Virus record (IMG/VR): IMGVR_UViG_3300018962_000001
Coordinates: 1 to 64,000 of that record
Reading direction: 5' to 3' (one strand)
Length of the DNA stretch: 64,000 nucleotides
This document shows, in pieces, positions 63,509 to 64,000 of the stretch. How positions within the stretch are numbered: the stretch's first letter is position 1; the number at the start of each line of letters is the position of its first letter. Below the pieces are notes generated by a model that saw nothing but the letters and a program-made list of their open reading frames with translations, searched no databases and had not been told where the DNA came from. A program made the translations under genes and the position numbers.

Positions 63509-64000
63509 GCGACCTTAAACACGGTCGGTGGTATTACTTTGAAACCGGACGTGAGTTTCCAGACAAGGAATCCGCCGCGCGTGCCTGGAACCATGCCGTT
63601 GTGCCTTCGGCCATCGGCTGGACCGACTATATCCAGGGCACGGCGGTTGCCGAAGGTGGGGAGTGCCTCCTTCCGCCGGAGCGCTGCCGGTGTAATCGAG
63701 TCTGGACCTATTGGCAGACCGAGAATCAAACGCCCGCCCGCCCGATTCATTCCCTGGTGTTTGAAGCGGCGCGCGACTCGCTTGGTATCTATCCTCAATC
63801 GATCAGGCGTGCTGGGGTTCAGGTCGAGCGCACTCCGTGGCAGGATGGCTGGAATGCCGCGATCTTCGCTATGCTGGAGGCGAGTGCCGTCCTCCATGCC
63901 TGGTATGCCGAGTTAACCCCTGAACAGGCGGATGCCTTGCTGGTGCTCTTGCGGGCAGATGCCGCCTTTTTCTCCCTGAATGCCGCGACCATTAAGTGCT
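63505..64000 (+). CDS. hypothetical protein, runs off the window
   Basis: ATGA overlap; MSDLKHGRWYYFETG... with no stop seen before the window end. Confidence 0.55.
   Translation, partial: MSDLKHGRWYYFETGREFPDKESAARAWNHAVVPSAIGWTDYIQGTAVAEGGECLLPPERCRCNRVWTYWQTENQTPARPIHSLVFEAARDSLGIYPQSIRRAGVQVERTPWQDGWNAAIFAMLEASAVLHAWYAELTPEQADALLVLLRADAAFFSLNAATIKC

Noticed and set aside
1-64000. tRNA, rRNA, reverse transcriptase/DGR, retron, transposase
   Set aside because: No cloverleaf with T-loop consensus, no YxDD RT motif, no TR/VR pair and no DDE transposase seen by eye; tRNAscan and HMM searches would be needed to exclude them formally.

Overview
The whole 64 kb reads as one continuous segment of a large, GC-rich tailed-phage genome. 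No host housekeeping genes, integrase, rRNA, tRNA or CRISPR array are visible. Recognisable modules: (1) a leftward packaging block (terL, terS, VRR-NUC, an Ntn/HslV-like protease, a papain-like protease, a DUF559 nuclease) that is not followed by portal or capsid genes; (2) a long rightward array of small accessory ORFs (13.4-35.4 kb) cut into cassettes by about 25 near-consensus TTGAC-N17-TA(T/A)(A/G)CT promoters that share a GCGC extension; (3) a leftward lysis operon with an amidase/glucosaminidase endolysin, several holin-like proteins, a thermonuclease and a duplicated 3-TM protein pair, one copy fused to a FixL-like PAS domain; this operon continues into a ParB-methyltransferase gene coupled to a PLP enzyme gene; (4) a replication block (HTH initiator with internal iterons, dnaB) followed by a secreted purple acid phosphatase-CBM6 gene; (5) a right-hand block with DUF5131, a metallopeptidase, RNase H, a GNAT plus TGT-like barrel pair, a DPBB protein and an adenine methyltransferase. 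A Chloroflexota host is inferred but not proven. The best candidates for undescribed systems are the PAS-fused holin-like cassette and the two putative DNA-modification gene pairs. All family assignments come from motifs read by eye; no searches were run.
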